This document shows, piece after piece, positions 35,248 through 48,668 of a stretch of 64,000 bases of DNA. Position 1 is the first letter of the stretch. Each line of letters begins with the position of its first letter. The notes beneath the pieces were generated by a model. That model was not told where the DNA came from. It ran no database searches and worked only from the letters and a program-made list of their open reading frames with translations. Position numbers and translations under genes: made by a program. The DNA comes from Ptychomitrium polyphyllum (Eukaryota): positions 5,084,001 through 5,148,000 of the forward strand of contig OZ316776.1 of NCBI GenBank assembly GCA_973851085.1. Reading direction: 5' to 3'.

Positions 35248-37925
35248 GTGACTATTCGTTCTCATACAAGACTGGAAAATTGGACCAGCAGATTGTGCAG
35301 ATAAAACTTAAGACGCGCAAAGAGCCAGTGGTGTTGGACTTTGGTACCTCTCCAGAAGGCCGAGTAAGTAGCTATTGGGGGACCTCAACATGTTGAAAAA
35401 ATAGTCTGCCTTTCCACTCCCCCATTTGCAGAAATCTGGATTCGGGACATACGGATTGAGTCTACACTAGGGATCTGCACATTCATGTAAGAGGGAGAAT
35501 CTTGTGAATACAAATGTGCCTCCTGGCCAAGTACAGCGGGCTGTGCTGAGATTGGAATTTTTATGTCTCCTCCAGCTCAGACATTGATGTTTTCCCTCTT
35601 CAAAGGTTTCTACATCTCTGCTCCGGTGTAGCGCTTGGTTGATGAGTTGCGGAATGCATCGGTTCCTGCTCAATAATAAGAAAGCTGTTACAGATACATT
35701 GTTCTTTCAGCTGTATTGCAACGTGTGTCCTGACTTTTCTGCCGTCGGTCCACAGTCAAGGAATGCTTTTGCACTCATGTGTCACTTGCTGAGAGTCCCT
35801 TAATACGTGACTTACTCTTTTCGCAACTAACTTAGTGACTGGGAACTCTCGAGGAGCCTACACCATCGTATTTTGAGGTGAACTCAAAATACTCAAACCT
35901 TCACTTGACAAGAGAGCACGAAAGTGACTCTCTCTGTGTGAATCTTTTAAAGCCTTCAAACCGTGGCAACCGGGACAGAATCACTGCATTTAGGACTCTT
36001 CCTCTGTATGTTTAATTGTCAAAATAATACAGACATGCTGTCTTGTCAACCAATCTTCTGAAGGCAAGTTCCAGATGAGCCATCGATGACAAGATCGGAT
36101 GCCTTTGGATGCATCCTCGACTGCTAACTCGATTTCTCACGGGCCCCAATTCATGAGCTGGCATGGGAGGTACACAGAGATTCTAAAGAATGTTGCATAG
36201 TGCATTAGACTTCATGTAGGAAAATGATATTTTCTGTGTGGACCACTCCACGTGTTGGGAGTATTTGTTAGAGGAACGTGATAAGCTCCCGAAATCTTAA
36301 GCCGGCATATGACGATGAGCGTGGCGTCGAGACCATGATATCAGGATGTGATTGCGAATCCTTGCTTTTGCTTGTGACGATGTCCGAGCCTGGTCTTTAC
36401 GCTTTCTTATTTCCAAGCTTGAATCGTTTCTACTTGGAAGGAATTGCAGAAAATCAGGCGCTTCCACCTATGCCGTACCTGTGGGCAGGGCGCGTGATGG
36501 TTTTTCCTTGCGGACCCCACTTTTGCTGACAAAGATTAGTAAGCTACAGCGGCGTCTTCCATCCACTCTGGATATGGTAGCCTCAGTGAGTGAGAGTTGT
36601 GCATTGATGAGGTTGGATTCATTGTATGTGAGTCACTTAGTTCGTCTGCGTGTGTCGACCTGCGTTAGGTGCGATGATAACCTTCCATACGGAAGCCACT
36701 CTCCTCTTTGCCAATTGTAGGTGTGTTAGCGCTTGCGCAGGCCGAGTATCGTCAGCTGCAGTATGTAGGCTGCCTCATAATGAGTGACGTTTCCTTGTGC
36801 GTAAAAATTTGACTCAAATTTGGTGGGAGAGATTCTGGCAGATAATCTCAATGCGTTTTGATCTTCTTGTGTTGGTGGACTACTTCAGGAAATTCTCGCC
36901 AGTCGACGCCCACATACCACGTACTAGGCATGTTCAAGTCCAGAATATGGGTTCGTCCTATTTTTCTGTGTCCACACAGAGCGAAAGTGTTCCCCGATCT
37001 TGTTTTTCGTGCTTAGATCTACATTATGCGGGACCGCTTGTGAGTGCGCAACTTATGAAAGCTTTTGTGCGATTTTGGGCACTTGGGTGCTCTCTCGTGC
37101 ACATACAGGGGGAGTGGGTCAAGAAACGGATATCTGATCGTGCACTGATCTTTTCTCGTTTGTTTGGGTTGGATCTGTTGTTTTCTGTCGGAGCTAATTC
37201 GTTAGCTGGTGCCGGGTGGATCTGTTGTTTTGTTTATCAAGAGCACATTGCTCTTCGGGCTCTTTGAGGAAGAGGGAGAGGCCAGTAGTTGTATATCTGA
37301 CAGTAACGGTGCATTTTTATCGGGCTGTCAAGCCTAAATCACAGGTAGGATCCTGCAGAATTGGCTTCGAAATGTTTAGAGACCGTTCATAGGCGCAGGT
37401 TTGGTTTTGCGAGTTCTTTTCGAAGGACCCAATTGTTTCCTGTATGTCTTGTTATCTTTAGCATTACAACGAAAGACAGTGTGCTAAGCCCTGGTGGCTC
37501 AGAATTTGACGCGCATCAGCTAGTTAAGCATGCCTGAAAGCCGTTATAGACACACCTTTACTCTATTTGAAGGGTTAGGAAAATTTCCATTGCGCAGCGC
37601 AGAGGGTGGTTATACGTTGTTTCAAGCTTCGACTAAAGAGGTTGTGTCCATAGCCGTCAACTTGGTTCCACATTTTAAACGGGCTCGAAAGCTTTAGTAC
37701 CAGAAACGTTGAGAATGATGTCTGTAGGAAACAACGCCGGTATAAGGTCGTCTGGGTCTCGATTTCAGTGTATTGGTCAATTCTTGTTGAAATCTCATAT
37801 TGTAGTTCATGTGTGCTTGCAGAATTTTTCAATTGACAGAGCAGGGTCAAGACACCGTTGAAAATCAGGCAGCAACTGAGGTTCCCTTAAACCGTAACAA
37901 GTAGTGATACAGTCAAACCAACGCC

Positions 37926-40383
37926 ATGTCTTCTGCTCAAAAGCTTGAGTACTCCTTGACGGCCTCCGAGTTCTGTTCTTTTTTCAACCCTCCGAGCACT
38001 CGAGGACGAGTTTCTCCAATGTTCAATGAGCTGTCGACGCACAGGTTTGTGTATATTGACACGCCAAAACCCAATTTTCTGGATAGGCTCAATGAAGCAA
38101 TTGAGGCTTGATGAGTGTTGATTTTCTGCCAAGAAGTTACCAAACATTCATAGGGATGACACATTTATTTTTTTAATTTTGCTAGTAAATCGGTTAGGTA
38201 GATTAGACGATGATGCAATTTCTGTTATAAAACTGCATTTTGATTGCTTCAGGATAATTCTTTTTGAGCACTGCTCAGTTCAAGTTCATGTTGTCACATG
38301 GTTTTTCTTTACTGTGATTTCTCCAGCTCTCCTTGGAATCTTACGATTGACACGACTTTGGATGACTGCGAATCTCATGATGATGGCTGTACATATTCTT
38401 CAACATCAACTTTGTGTGCCGCTCTTGGTTTATCAACCCCAAATTCTCCGAGATCTCCTACATCGCCTTCGTTCAAATCCTTTTCACCTGATTCTCCACG
38501 ATATGGCCTAAACGGTACTTGTGTAAAACCTGTTAAATTATAAGTCAATGTGAGATCTGATTTATTGCTTCAACATATGAACCAACGAGTTAAACAAAGT
38601 TCAACAACACAAACTTGATTTTATCTTAGCTATCGCCAGGAATTTGCACTTTTCTGTTGTTGATATCAATGTACACGCAATATGACAGGGTTTGGAAGTG
38701 GAAGCCGCTGGTATGCACAGACCTATCCAGCAGCGGATGTGCCTGAACCAAGTGTGGAGTTCATTGAAATCGGAAAAGGCCCGACTGTTTTCGTCTGGGA
38801 CTTGGACGAAACCCTCATAATCTTTCAAACACTCTTAGACGGGCGATATGTGGAGCTGTTTGACGGTTTCAAGGACAATCATAAGGCGACTCTCCTCGGC
38901 CGGCGCTGGGAACGTCTTATCTTGGAAGTGTGTGATGATTACTTCTTCTATAACCATGTAAGTGGTGGTTATTTTCTTGAAAAATCGAGTCTGGGGGTTA
39001 GCATGATTATGAACCAGCTTCAATGTATCTCAGAAAAGTGTTTGTTAGAGAACATCATAGAAAATCGTTATACTGTAATCGCAAGCCTTGTGCTTATCAT
39101 GTAGAATCTTATTTGAATGTCAAGCAGAGTGAATTTTCTGATGAAGCCCTGGGGTTGATTCAGGTGGAAGAATACAATTATTCTAACGTGAATTCATTGC
39201 AAGAATATGATGATGGGGCTAACCTTAGCGACTTCAGATTTGAAGACATCTTAAAGCCACCATTAAATGCTGATAATCTGCGAAACTTAAGATACTTGCA
39301 TCGATATATCAGCCAAATTTATGAGCAGGTTAATATTCTTGTCAATCATCTCTGATTGTCTCAGACGATTGTCCCATCCATTCTCCTCAATTATCTCCTC
39401 AAGGCTTGCTGTGCTGATTCGAAAGAATCACGTCTTGCACTATCTCAAACTGAAGTGTTTCTACGATCATCAGAACTTGAGTATTCGTGAAGTAATCTGC
39501 GAAATTGGTTGCGTAGAACGTTGCAGCTTACATCTTCCTTATGTGGGTTGCAATTTTGAAGGACCTGGAGACTCTTCTAAGTCCTGAACAAGCGAAGGAA
39601 TGGCGTGACCTTTATGAAGCAACTGATATGTTTACTGATGGCTGGCTTTCTGCAGGTGATCCTTACAAAAGATCTTGTTAAATTTTGCTCAGAAAAGCAA
39701 GTTATTTTCAATTGAAAGTGCTGATTTCACACTGAGATGTTTTGGATGTTGGACTCTATCAGGAAGGCAGAAACTGGAGGAACTTCAGAAGGTGAATGAG
39801 CAGGCGTTACAAGATGAGTTTCCAGAAACAACCTTGAGTGATAAAAGCGGCAAAAGCCCTTCAGCCCCAAACTCGTACAATTTCCTCGTCACTTCTGGCA
39901 CTCTCATTCCAAGTCTTGTAAAGTGTTTGCTTTTCAAGCTCAACCCCTTCTTCAGCGCCTCCAACAGTAAGACCACAGCTCTTGAACTCAAAATTCTTAA
40001 CTCACTAATTGCCTATGCATTTAACAAAAATTCAGTGGAGTCGATGTATGACAATTACTGAGGATTACCACAATTTGACGCAATATTGAGTTGGTGATGC
40101 AGTTTTCAGCTCACGAGAGGTTGGAAAATTGCAATGTTGTCGATGGATTCGTGACCGTTTCTTACACGGCGAAAAGCTTCGAAAGTTTTGCTCCATAGGC
40201 GATGGGCCTGATGAGAGAGAGGCTGCTCGAGTGCTTGCTTGGCCCTTTGTGAACATCAGCTGTGATCCAGATGCTCCCGATCAGTTACCTCTGCTATCAT
40301 ACGCAAGAGTTAAAGCGCACATGCAAGCTGTGTATAAAGATAATGCAGACATTTCCAAGGAACGCAACCATGTAATAAATTAA
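37926..40383 (+). CDS. EYA: EYES ABSENT homolog (HAD-family protein phosphatase), ~439 aa
   Basis: Exons 37926-38044, 38327-38514, 38689-38957, 39164-39328, 39562-39655, 39763-39966 and 40103-40383 total 1320 nt in frame, all GT-AG. Motifs VFVWDLDETLIIFQ, TDGWL, LVTSGTLIPSLVKCLLF, FSSREVGKLQC, IGDGPDE. The first two exons are less certain. Confidence 0.92.
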
Positions 40384-41417
40384 ATCCAACAGTACTTTCT
40401 CATAGAAGTTAAATATTTTGGCTGGGTCGAACTGAACCAGGGTTCGTCAGTTGAAACTATCAGAGGAAGCCTGTATATGGTACTTAAGAACTCCTTAGGT
40501 TTTATACAGCTTTAAAATAATCTTCACAAATAAGGCAGCTTGTGAATACAAACTTGCTTCGTTCTAGTTAAGACTTCGAGTGGTCTATTTTGGTACTTCA
40601 CTGTAATAAAGTTATTACAGATCTCACTTATGATAATCACGGTAACTGCGTTTCGCCCACCCGCTCACATTTTATTACTACAGTATCACACTACTTAGGA
40701 GTTTTTTGTTGTGAAGTGAGGTTCACACATAATACTCTAAGTCTGCACACACAGACAACGACGCTACGTATTAAATTAGAGCCAAACATGCAAATCCATC
40801 AGCTTTCAAACCCGCTCTCCTCAGACGAAGAGATTGAAAATTCATTCATCATTAAGATACTTCAGAGTGAAAGCCAATTGCTCAAAAGGGACTGCTATCA
40901 TTCTGCTACTGAAATCCGGTAGAATAACTCATCCACGCTCAAGAACGAACCGCAGGTTGAGAAATATGCAACCATCGTAACCCTAATAGTTTAACAAAAA
41001 TTTGGTTAGAAAATGATTCGCTTCTAACAATCTACACCTAAAAGCCTCCTAAACGTCTAAATTCTCGTTTTAGTGATCTCTGATGCACATAGCACCTATA
41101 ATTACATGTACAGAACCCTCTCTCCTCTGGTAACAATCCCGTAGTGTACAAAAGCAACAGAAGCAAAGAAATACCAATTTCAAGACAAAATCAAAAAATG
41201 ATGGCTCACAGGATGGGTGCCAATATAGCAAGGCGGTCGAGCAATTGAAGGTGAGCAACGCAGGCAAACCAATGGCGAAGGAATCAAAGGGAAAAAGTGA
41301 CTACACGTCCGACAGGTAAGAAATAGGTGCGCCAAGGGGAGCAAAACGTCCTTGTTGGGAAATGGCACCCATTTGAAGAAATGGGTGCCAAGGTGAGAGC
41401 GCGTGCGTCCATGGCAT

Positions 41418-43939
41418 TCAAGGCAAAGCGTTCACGTCCGGGCGAAACGAAATGGGCACCAGTGAGCGCACATCCTTGATGGAGAGCCTGCACTTCTTCC
41501 CGAACGTGATCGGTGAGCGCCGTTCGCTCCACGTTCCGTGTGCAACATCGTACGACACAACGCAGCCCTGCGCGGTGTCGCTCACCACGACGATATGCTC
41601 TCCACCCACGACGCTGCACACGCCCCACGAGCGGACGCGACGATGGAGCTCCTCCGGCATGGACGCCAGGAGCTCCCAGCGGCGCGACACGACGTTGAGC
41701 GCGTAGAAGCAGCCAACGGGGCCGTCGTCGTCCACGGGCGCCACCGCCATGATCGTCCTCCTCCCGCACACAAGTGGCGTCTGGCGCGCGCTCTCGTCTG
41801 GGAGATGCGAGGCCACCTCGGACCACACCCCGTGCTGGACGTTGTAGGCAACGAGCGCGTCGGTGCCCACCAGCATGTCGCCCGCTTGAATGTACGCCTT
41901 CTGCGCGGTGCACAAGAGAATTCCGTTCTCGAGCGCGGCGTCCTGGGTGTCGAGGTAGAGGTCCGCGGGTAAGCTCCCCGTGATGGTCCATTTGTTGCTG
42001 TCCGAGTCGTAGACCTCGGTGGCTTGAGGTTTACTCGCAGAGTACGCTTCTGTGCCCGCGAGGATGATCTTGTAGGAGGCGTCGTCGTTTGTGATTATGT
42101 GCAACACGTCGGGGCGCGACCATTTTTGGTTCGTAGGCGGCAATTCGCGGCGCTGGCCCGTCACTGGGTTGCAGACGAAGGTCGAATTGGGTTTGTAAAC
42201 CACAAGCAAGCCGCCTGCGCCTGTTACCACGCTCTTGCCAGGCGAGAGGGGCAGCGGTAGTTGCGGCAAGGGGTGCCATTTGTTGGTGGCGATGGAGAAG
42301 CCGGACCAGTGGAGGGCGCCGCTCTCGGTCTGGCTGTAGCGGACGGGGCAATAGGTGGACCAGGGCGTGGCGCTCGCGGTGGATCGTGTGAGGCGGAGGT
42401 GGGAGCTTTGGGCAATGTTGCGCCATTGCTTGCACACAGTCGTACAGCGGAAGAGGTTCGGGAAGGGGAGGAAAGCCAGAATATGCTCGTGAATCTCGAC
42501 TGGCAGGTCCTTCCAAATCATCGGGTCGAGGTTGCCGTCGCGCATCCACGCAGGTGACTTCTGGCTCGCAATCGTCCCCGTTGCCGCCACCTCAGACCTG
42601 CAAGTCGAAAGTCTAGAAACCAATAAAGTTAACTAGAATAATCACCGGCGGCGTTACCCAAGCTCCCGAATTGAAATTCTTTGCAAGAAGAAAACCAAAA
42701 CAAGACTCAACCTATTGCGCGAATGAACGTCGACCGAAACAGGTTCTATACTATTCATAAAACTCGTTCGCAACTAAGCAAAGTCTTGAGTTACTACGTC
42801 TTGTTTCATAACGACTGAAAGTGATGAAGCGTGGCAAGCTATACATCAAAGACTACCATCTCACCCTCGAATTTATAAACTCCAATTTCTTGATTCCGCT
42901 GCTGCAGCAAGGTAGCACTGCCTAAGGGCGGAAGGTGGACGTTTCTGATAACAAAGCAAAGATAGGCGCGGACACATACACGTTAGACTGGTAAGTACTG
43001 GGACTAAAGGCGCAACGCAACGAAAGTTGAATGCAATCAAGAGCCACGCTAATACGCTCCTACCAGAAACAGAAAACAAAGAGTAACACCCCTCTTTCTT
43101 TCTTTCTACCTCTCTGCATGCACTATGGGGCTGTGCTTGGAGGTTCTTGCAAAACTGCGAAAGAACATCAACAGTGTGATAAGCCATTGCGTGGCTCGCT
43201 AATCTCAAACCTCCTTTTCGAGAGAACGGTGCCTTACACTCTGGGTTCAGAGTACAAATGCTGCACCAAGAGAAGTACCTAACACACGATTAGACAGAGA
43301 GGCAGGGTACAGAATCTGAAAACGAATCCGTCACACCCAAGAAACGGTACGTCCAAAAGAAATACTCAATTATCCTGACACTCCTTAGGAGCACAATCTG
43401 CACAACGTAGCACCGTGCGTCGCTCCACACATCGCCACAAAGATCAACTCGACTCAACTCTTTCGAAAACAACAATCGAAGAAGGTATAAAATTTCGAGT
43501 CAAGAAAACATCATCAGCAGTACAAACTCAATGCCTCACTCGAACCAAAAAAGCCCAAATGAGCAAACCGATCATCTTACGTGTCAAAAACTGGTATCTT
43601 CCGAGGGTCTGGAAATGCACACAAACCCGCTACAGACCTCTCTTCCACGCTCAACAAACCTATAAGGGGCCAATACCCGAGTCTCCCGACTATTGAAACA
43701 CGACAGAGTCGATCAAAAACGCTCATGAAAGAGAATGCTTTAATCCCAGAAAAATGCTCGCGAACTCACACACAGGAAGGAGACGACGCCCCGGCACTAG
43801 AGCGTGAGCATTGCTTGAGGCACCAGAGCTTGAAGGCCTTGAGAGGCGCAGCTTCGGTGGAATTCGCATGCCGCTGATTGTGCTGCTTGCCAGCCTTCAC
43901 AGTGGTAGTGATGGTGGTGAAGCTTGCCCTCCTGCCCAT
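41418..43939 (-). CDS. F-box protein with kelch-like/beta-propeller C-terminus, ~449 aa
   Basis: F-box LDPMIWKDLPVEIHEHILAFLPFPNLFRCTTVCKQW, plus FVCNPVTGQRRELP and TEVYDSDSNKWTITG. Proposed exon 1 43939-43770 (GT|GTGAGT, phase 2) joins exon 2 42597-41418 in frame (1350 nt). Alternative start at ATG 42545. Confidence 0.88.
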
Positions 43940-46900
43940 TGTAAGTTTCGATTGCTGGCTCGTCGTGCGCACAATTTTGCGAGCTCGAAGAGCAAAGTAG
44001 GTGCTGCAGCAGCTGGATCATCCCCACTGCACTGCACTCTCCGCATGCTCTGTCTCTCAGAGTGTGCTTGTGCGTGTTGTGTTCTCTTGTTGTTCAGGGG
44101 TGGCCCCCGGTTCCACCAAAAGGGCCACCTTTCGCTACAAGCGCAGCGGTTTATCATCCATGTTCCGATCGAGATTCGTCGGATATTGGATGATATTTGT
44201 TCTCTCTGGGTGGGGCATGGTATCATGGCTCACTGTACAGCACGGTGCAACTAGATGGTGCACAGTTGTGTGATCAGTTACAAAGAGCTTTCTGGGTCAG
44301 AGTACTGTGCTGTGGAAGAATTTGTGCTATTATTACTGCACGGCCTGGTTCGATTCTTGCCATGAGTTCTTCATGAAAGGAGGTATCACCCCTCCGTACC
44401 CTTGGGCTGGCACTAATCAAAGATTGTTCCATGGAATTCGCAGCCTGTTACCATGCAAAACATGGGCTTGTGACAATAGAATCATGCTTTATCTTCACAA
44501 TGTAATGGATTGTTGTGAATGAGAGAAAAGATCCAATTTTGCACTTTTGGTAGATTAATGAATATATCAACTACATGAAATAAAATTTTCAAGAAATATT
44601 GGGAAAATTTGAAACTATTAGAATTTAATGAAGTGATTATAAGCAAATATCCATATCAACCCAAAAAGATTCACTCAAAAATTTCAATTTTATTTACCAT
44701 AGGTATAAAATACAATGAAGAACATCATGATAAATGGAAATCATTTGTACCTTTAAAATAAATAAAAATTATGCTTCAAAATAGTAGGTGTTGATTGCAA
44801 ATACAATAAAATTCTTTTTGAATCTTTTTTCTAAATTTTTGAAATAAAATAGAAGTTTTTAAAAAAATTGTTAATTAGGTCCAAGTGAAAAAAAAAAATC
44901 ATTTTCATGGCTTACATTGAGCTGAAAAAAAAGTTTGAAAATTAGAAATGTGATATTATGGTCATCCATTATTACTATTATGTTTGTACTATAAATTTTT
45001 ATAAATTCAAAAAACAACTTGAATAATATAAGATTAGTTTTTAAGGTGCAAAGAGACTAAAGAACATGTTGACAAAAAAATGGAGAACAATCATTTCTAA
45101 TGTATAGATTTATGTACTTACTTCTATTAGGAAGATTCAAAATATAAACCTTTTAATTCCTCCCCATCAACGTAATAATAATACATAATACTTTGAGATT
45201 CTACTTATGTTAATTTTAAAAACAACAAATGGATTTTTAATGAAAATAAAGTTTAGTTCATTATGTTCTAAATATAATTTGAACTACACAAGTTCTTAAA
45301 TTAATCTAATTGAAAAGCAATACGTTCAAAATTTATTTATATATAAATGAATGGCCTTAAGGTGGACTTTTAAATATAATTTACTTAGCCACTATATTCT
45401 TTAAAGTAATGGAACTTTAGGATTTTTATAAATTTGATGCTATTCATCCATCCATTGTATTTTAGAAATTTGAAAAAGTTCAAGAGCTTAATTTCCAATC
45501 CCTACATTATACTAGTTCTTATCATTTTTACATATAATAAAAAATAAATGAAATGAAGACACCTGATTATGAAGTAATTTCAAAGATGTTATTAACCTTT
45601 GAATGGACTTATAGAATGGTAGTAATAGAAAACAAAGATTCAAGAGACAATATTGGAAAATTATCAAACCATGCTAATGCAAAGATTGGATCCATTTTAT
45701 TAATGAAGGTTATATATCACAAACATTAAATTTAATCGTAGTCTTCAATTAATGTTCAAATAATATTTACATATCATATAAAGTGATTTTAAAGGTTTTA
45801 ATTTTTTTTTTAAAGTAATTATCAAATAGATTTGGTTGTTGTTTTAAGTTTAAAAGTTCTCTTTCTATTCATACATTTTTAACAAATATGCCTTGAATGT
45901 TTGTAGGTTTATGGATTTAATAAGATATATTTAAGATTTAGACCAATTTTTTTTTTAAACCATATAATAGACATGGACTTTATACATGATGGTTTTTGAA
46001 TGAAATTTAGATGATTATGTATGCAATTTATGGTACTTATTAGGTATTATTTAGATCCTTAATTTACTTACTTTGGTACTTTTAAAGGTTACTTTTGAGT
46101 ATTTGCAACTAACTTAATTTTTATACAAAATCTAAAATTCAAATTGCTTTTGTTTTTAAAAGTTAATATGAAAAAAAAATTAAAACTAAAATCATTGTTA
46201 TTAAAAAACCATCTATAAAACCTACACATAAAAACAATCCATAGTGTGGTGGATATATGCATGTTTGCTTAAATTGTATCAATTACTTTATGTATTTGCA
46301 ATATTCATAGCAAATTTGAAATTTACTAGTATCTTCATCTTCATCTTAAAAATCAAAGAAATTCATCCCGTGATGGAAAGTAGAAAGCTAAAAATAGATG
46401 AGAGTGAAGGCATATATTGTATATGAATGAAGGTATGAATCTTATTTAGCAACTTAATATATATTTTTCTTCAACCTTTAATGAAACAAGGTTTTAATAA
46501 TAAATTTGTACCTTTAGATGATTGAATTATTTGTTTGACAAAAATTATTTAGAATAGTAATTGAAGAATGTTAATTTGTTAAATAAAGTAATAAAATTCA
46601 ACTTTGACTCTAGGCCATGACTATGAATTTTTATTTTTTTCTTTAAATTAAGAATGGTCATTTTATAATATTACAAAGTAGATCTTAAATATCCAATGTT
46701 TGAACATGGCTTAAAATTTATTATTGACATTTCAATGTTCTATAGTAATCTAAGGGCTTGCTTCCATGGGCCATGGATCTTATAGAAAGGACAAAGGGTG
46801 CTTCATTGGCAAAGCTATTGGAAGACCTGAGCACATATAGTAGAATGTAGATTGTATTGAGATCTAGTGGATCCTTCCATTAATAGCAAGGATCATGGAC

Positions 46901-47501
46901 TTTCAAATGAAAACCTTTGACAAAACCTAGAAAACTTTTATTAGTACAAACTTCATTCGCTCAGTCCACATGAAAGAATAATTGTAATTTTTGAAATTAT
47001 TCCGTACAGGATGAGATCCATCTCCATATTCTTCATGGAAGAAGGTTCTAGTTCCAAAAATACACGGTGTAGACTGTGTAGACATTTACATAAGGACTTC
47101 ATGCATTCATAATAAGGTATACCATGACCACAGAGAGTTATATTTCTCCATAGTTAAAAACTGTTTTATATCATTTTAATTTAGAAAATATGAGAGCCCA
47201 CTTCCGTGATGATGACAACATGGAAAGGACCAGTCTAGCGACTTCGAGGAATCTGAATCACTCGAGCCAAATTGGACAAGCCTGCAGTGACTTCAGTTGC
47301 AATGTACTGTAGCTCTCATCCACAGAGAGAGTCAGCCTAAAATAACCTCATCATTACAAGGTTTTGAACTGCGTGCTTGGTAGCGAGGCCGAAGGAGCCG
47401 GACGGCACCGGAGTCTCAACGTCTTCTTTGAGCCTCTGACAAGCGCCACTCCACTACACCCAATAAATAATTCTACCGTCCTCTAGAGTCCACACTGCAC
47501 T

Positions 47502-48668
47502 GCTCACATTAGAACTCATCGGATGTTGGCTGGGGTGCCCCCCCCACGAACGTGTTACCCACTTGGCCTTCACCAACGCTGCCCGCTGGACATGCGAACT
47601 TGTTCGAACATGGGAACTTCTGCTCAACCCAGGGTTTGGGCAGCGTAGCCAGTCCCGCAGGGTCCCGGGTTCTCGCGCAGTCTCACAGGTCTGCTCCATG
47701 TAGTTCTTCGCACTCGGAAAGTAGTTCGCAAACTTGAAGGTTGAACCTTGGCTTGGACTCTCTCTTGAGGTTATGACTTTCATCTGTGTGGGACCTCTAG
47801 CTGTAGACCCTTACCTTCATACCGCAAGGAACATGGAAAACTTGCAAATCTTTACCGAGTGTTCAAAGATATGATGCATTGACCTCAGCAACCATCCTCA
47901 CTGCTTGATGGTCCATATCTCGGTTGCCAGATGGTATTCCACTCGGGGATGACATTCTATCGAAGATCACAGATAACAGGTCTCTGGAGTTTTTCAAGTG
48001 TGATTCTCGAATTCGCAGATATGTCATAGCACATTTTATTCGCAGCCATGTCGTACAGTCTGAATATTTGATTACGTTCGTCAACCTCGTCATTGTCCCA
48101 AGCCAACAGAATAACCAACTGCTTGGTAGAAGCACTGAGTAATACTCCTGCTCCTCTGGTAGGTTACTTGAAGAGCCTTGGCGAGTCTGCACTTCTTTCA
48201 CACTGCGAAACTTTTGAGTTTCCAAACATATTCACAAAATTTATACTTCTCACATGTGGAATAATCTTCAAGCATAAATAAGTTATCCTTGACAAAGAAG
48301 TAGCTTCACGGACAAAGCAATCATCTCAGAACTAAAACCCTTCACGGAAACAGAATCGGTGCCACGAGCATCGCAAACGCTGGAGCCTCCCAAGCGCTGG
48401 AGCAAGTTGCCATGCCAGACACATACGAAGAAGCTGGTCAGACGTGAATGGCCTCCGACCAGGTCAGGAGACTCCAAGATATGAAACCCTACATCCAGAG
48501 GGGCTGCGAGTTCGCCTCGCATGTGAACAAGTTCGCATACTCCGGGGCAAATCTGGTTAAGGCCAAACGGGCAGCCCAAGGGTTCACTGGAAGAGCGTTT
48601 TTTGGGGGGGGAGTTCGTGGGAGGGGTGGACCCCAGCCAGCCAACATTAGATGAGTTTTAATGCGAGC
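47502..48668. repeat. Diverged inverted repeat (arms ~47502-47710 and ~48425-48668) of coding-like sequence
   Basis: Reverse complement of the right arm shares blocks GCTC.CATTA.AACTCATC..ATGTTGGCTGG, CCCACGAAC, TTGGCCTT.ACCA and ATGCGAACTTGTTC with the left arm. Confidence 0.8.

Noticed and set aside
41284..42557. Overlapping alternative-frame and antisense ORFs in the F-box gene (likewise in TSR3 and the bHLH)
   Set aside because: Expected shadows of GC-rich coding sequence, with no domains.
44520..46900. Short ORFs in AT-rich DNA (also 7800-9650, 12200-14100 and 49700-56700)
   Set aside because: Low-complexity I/K/L/F/N-rich translations without motifs; likely decayed repeats I cannot classify.
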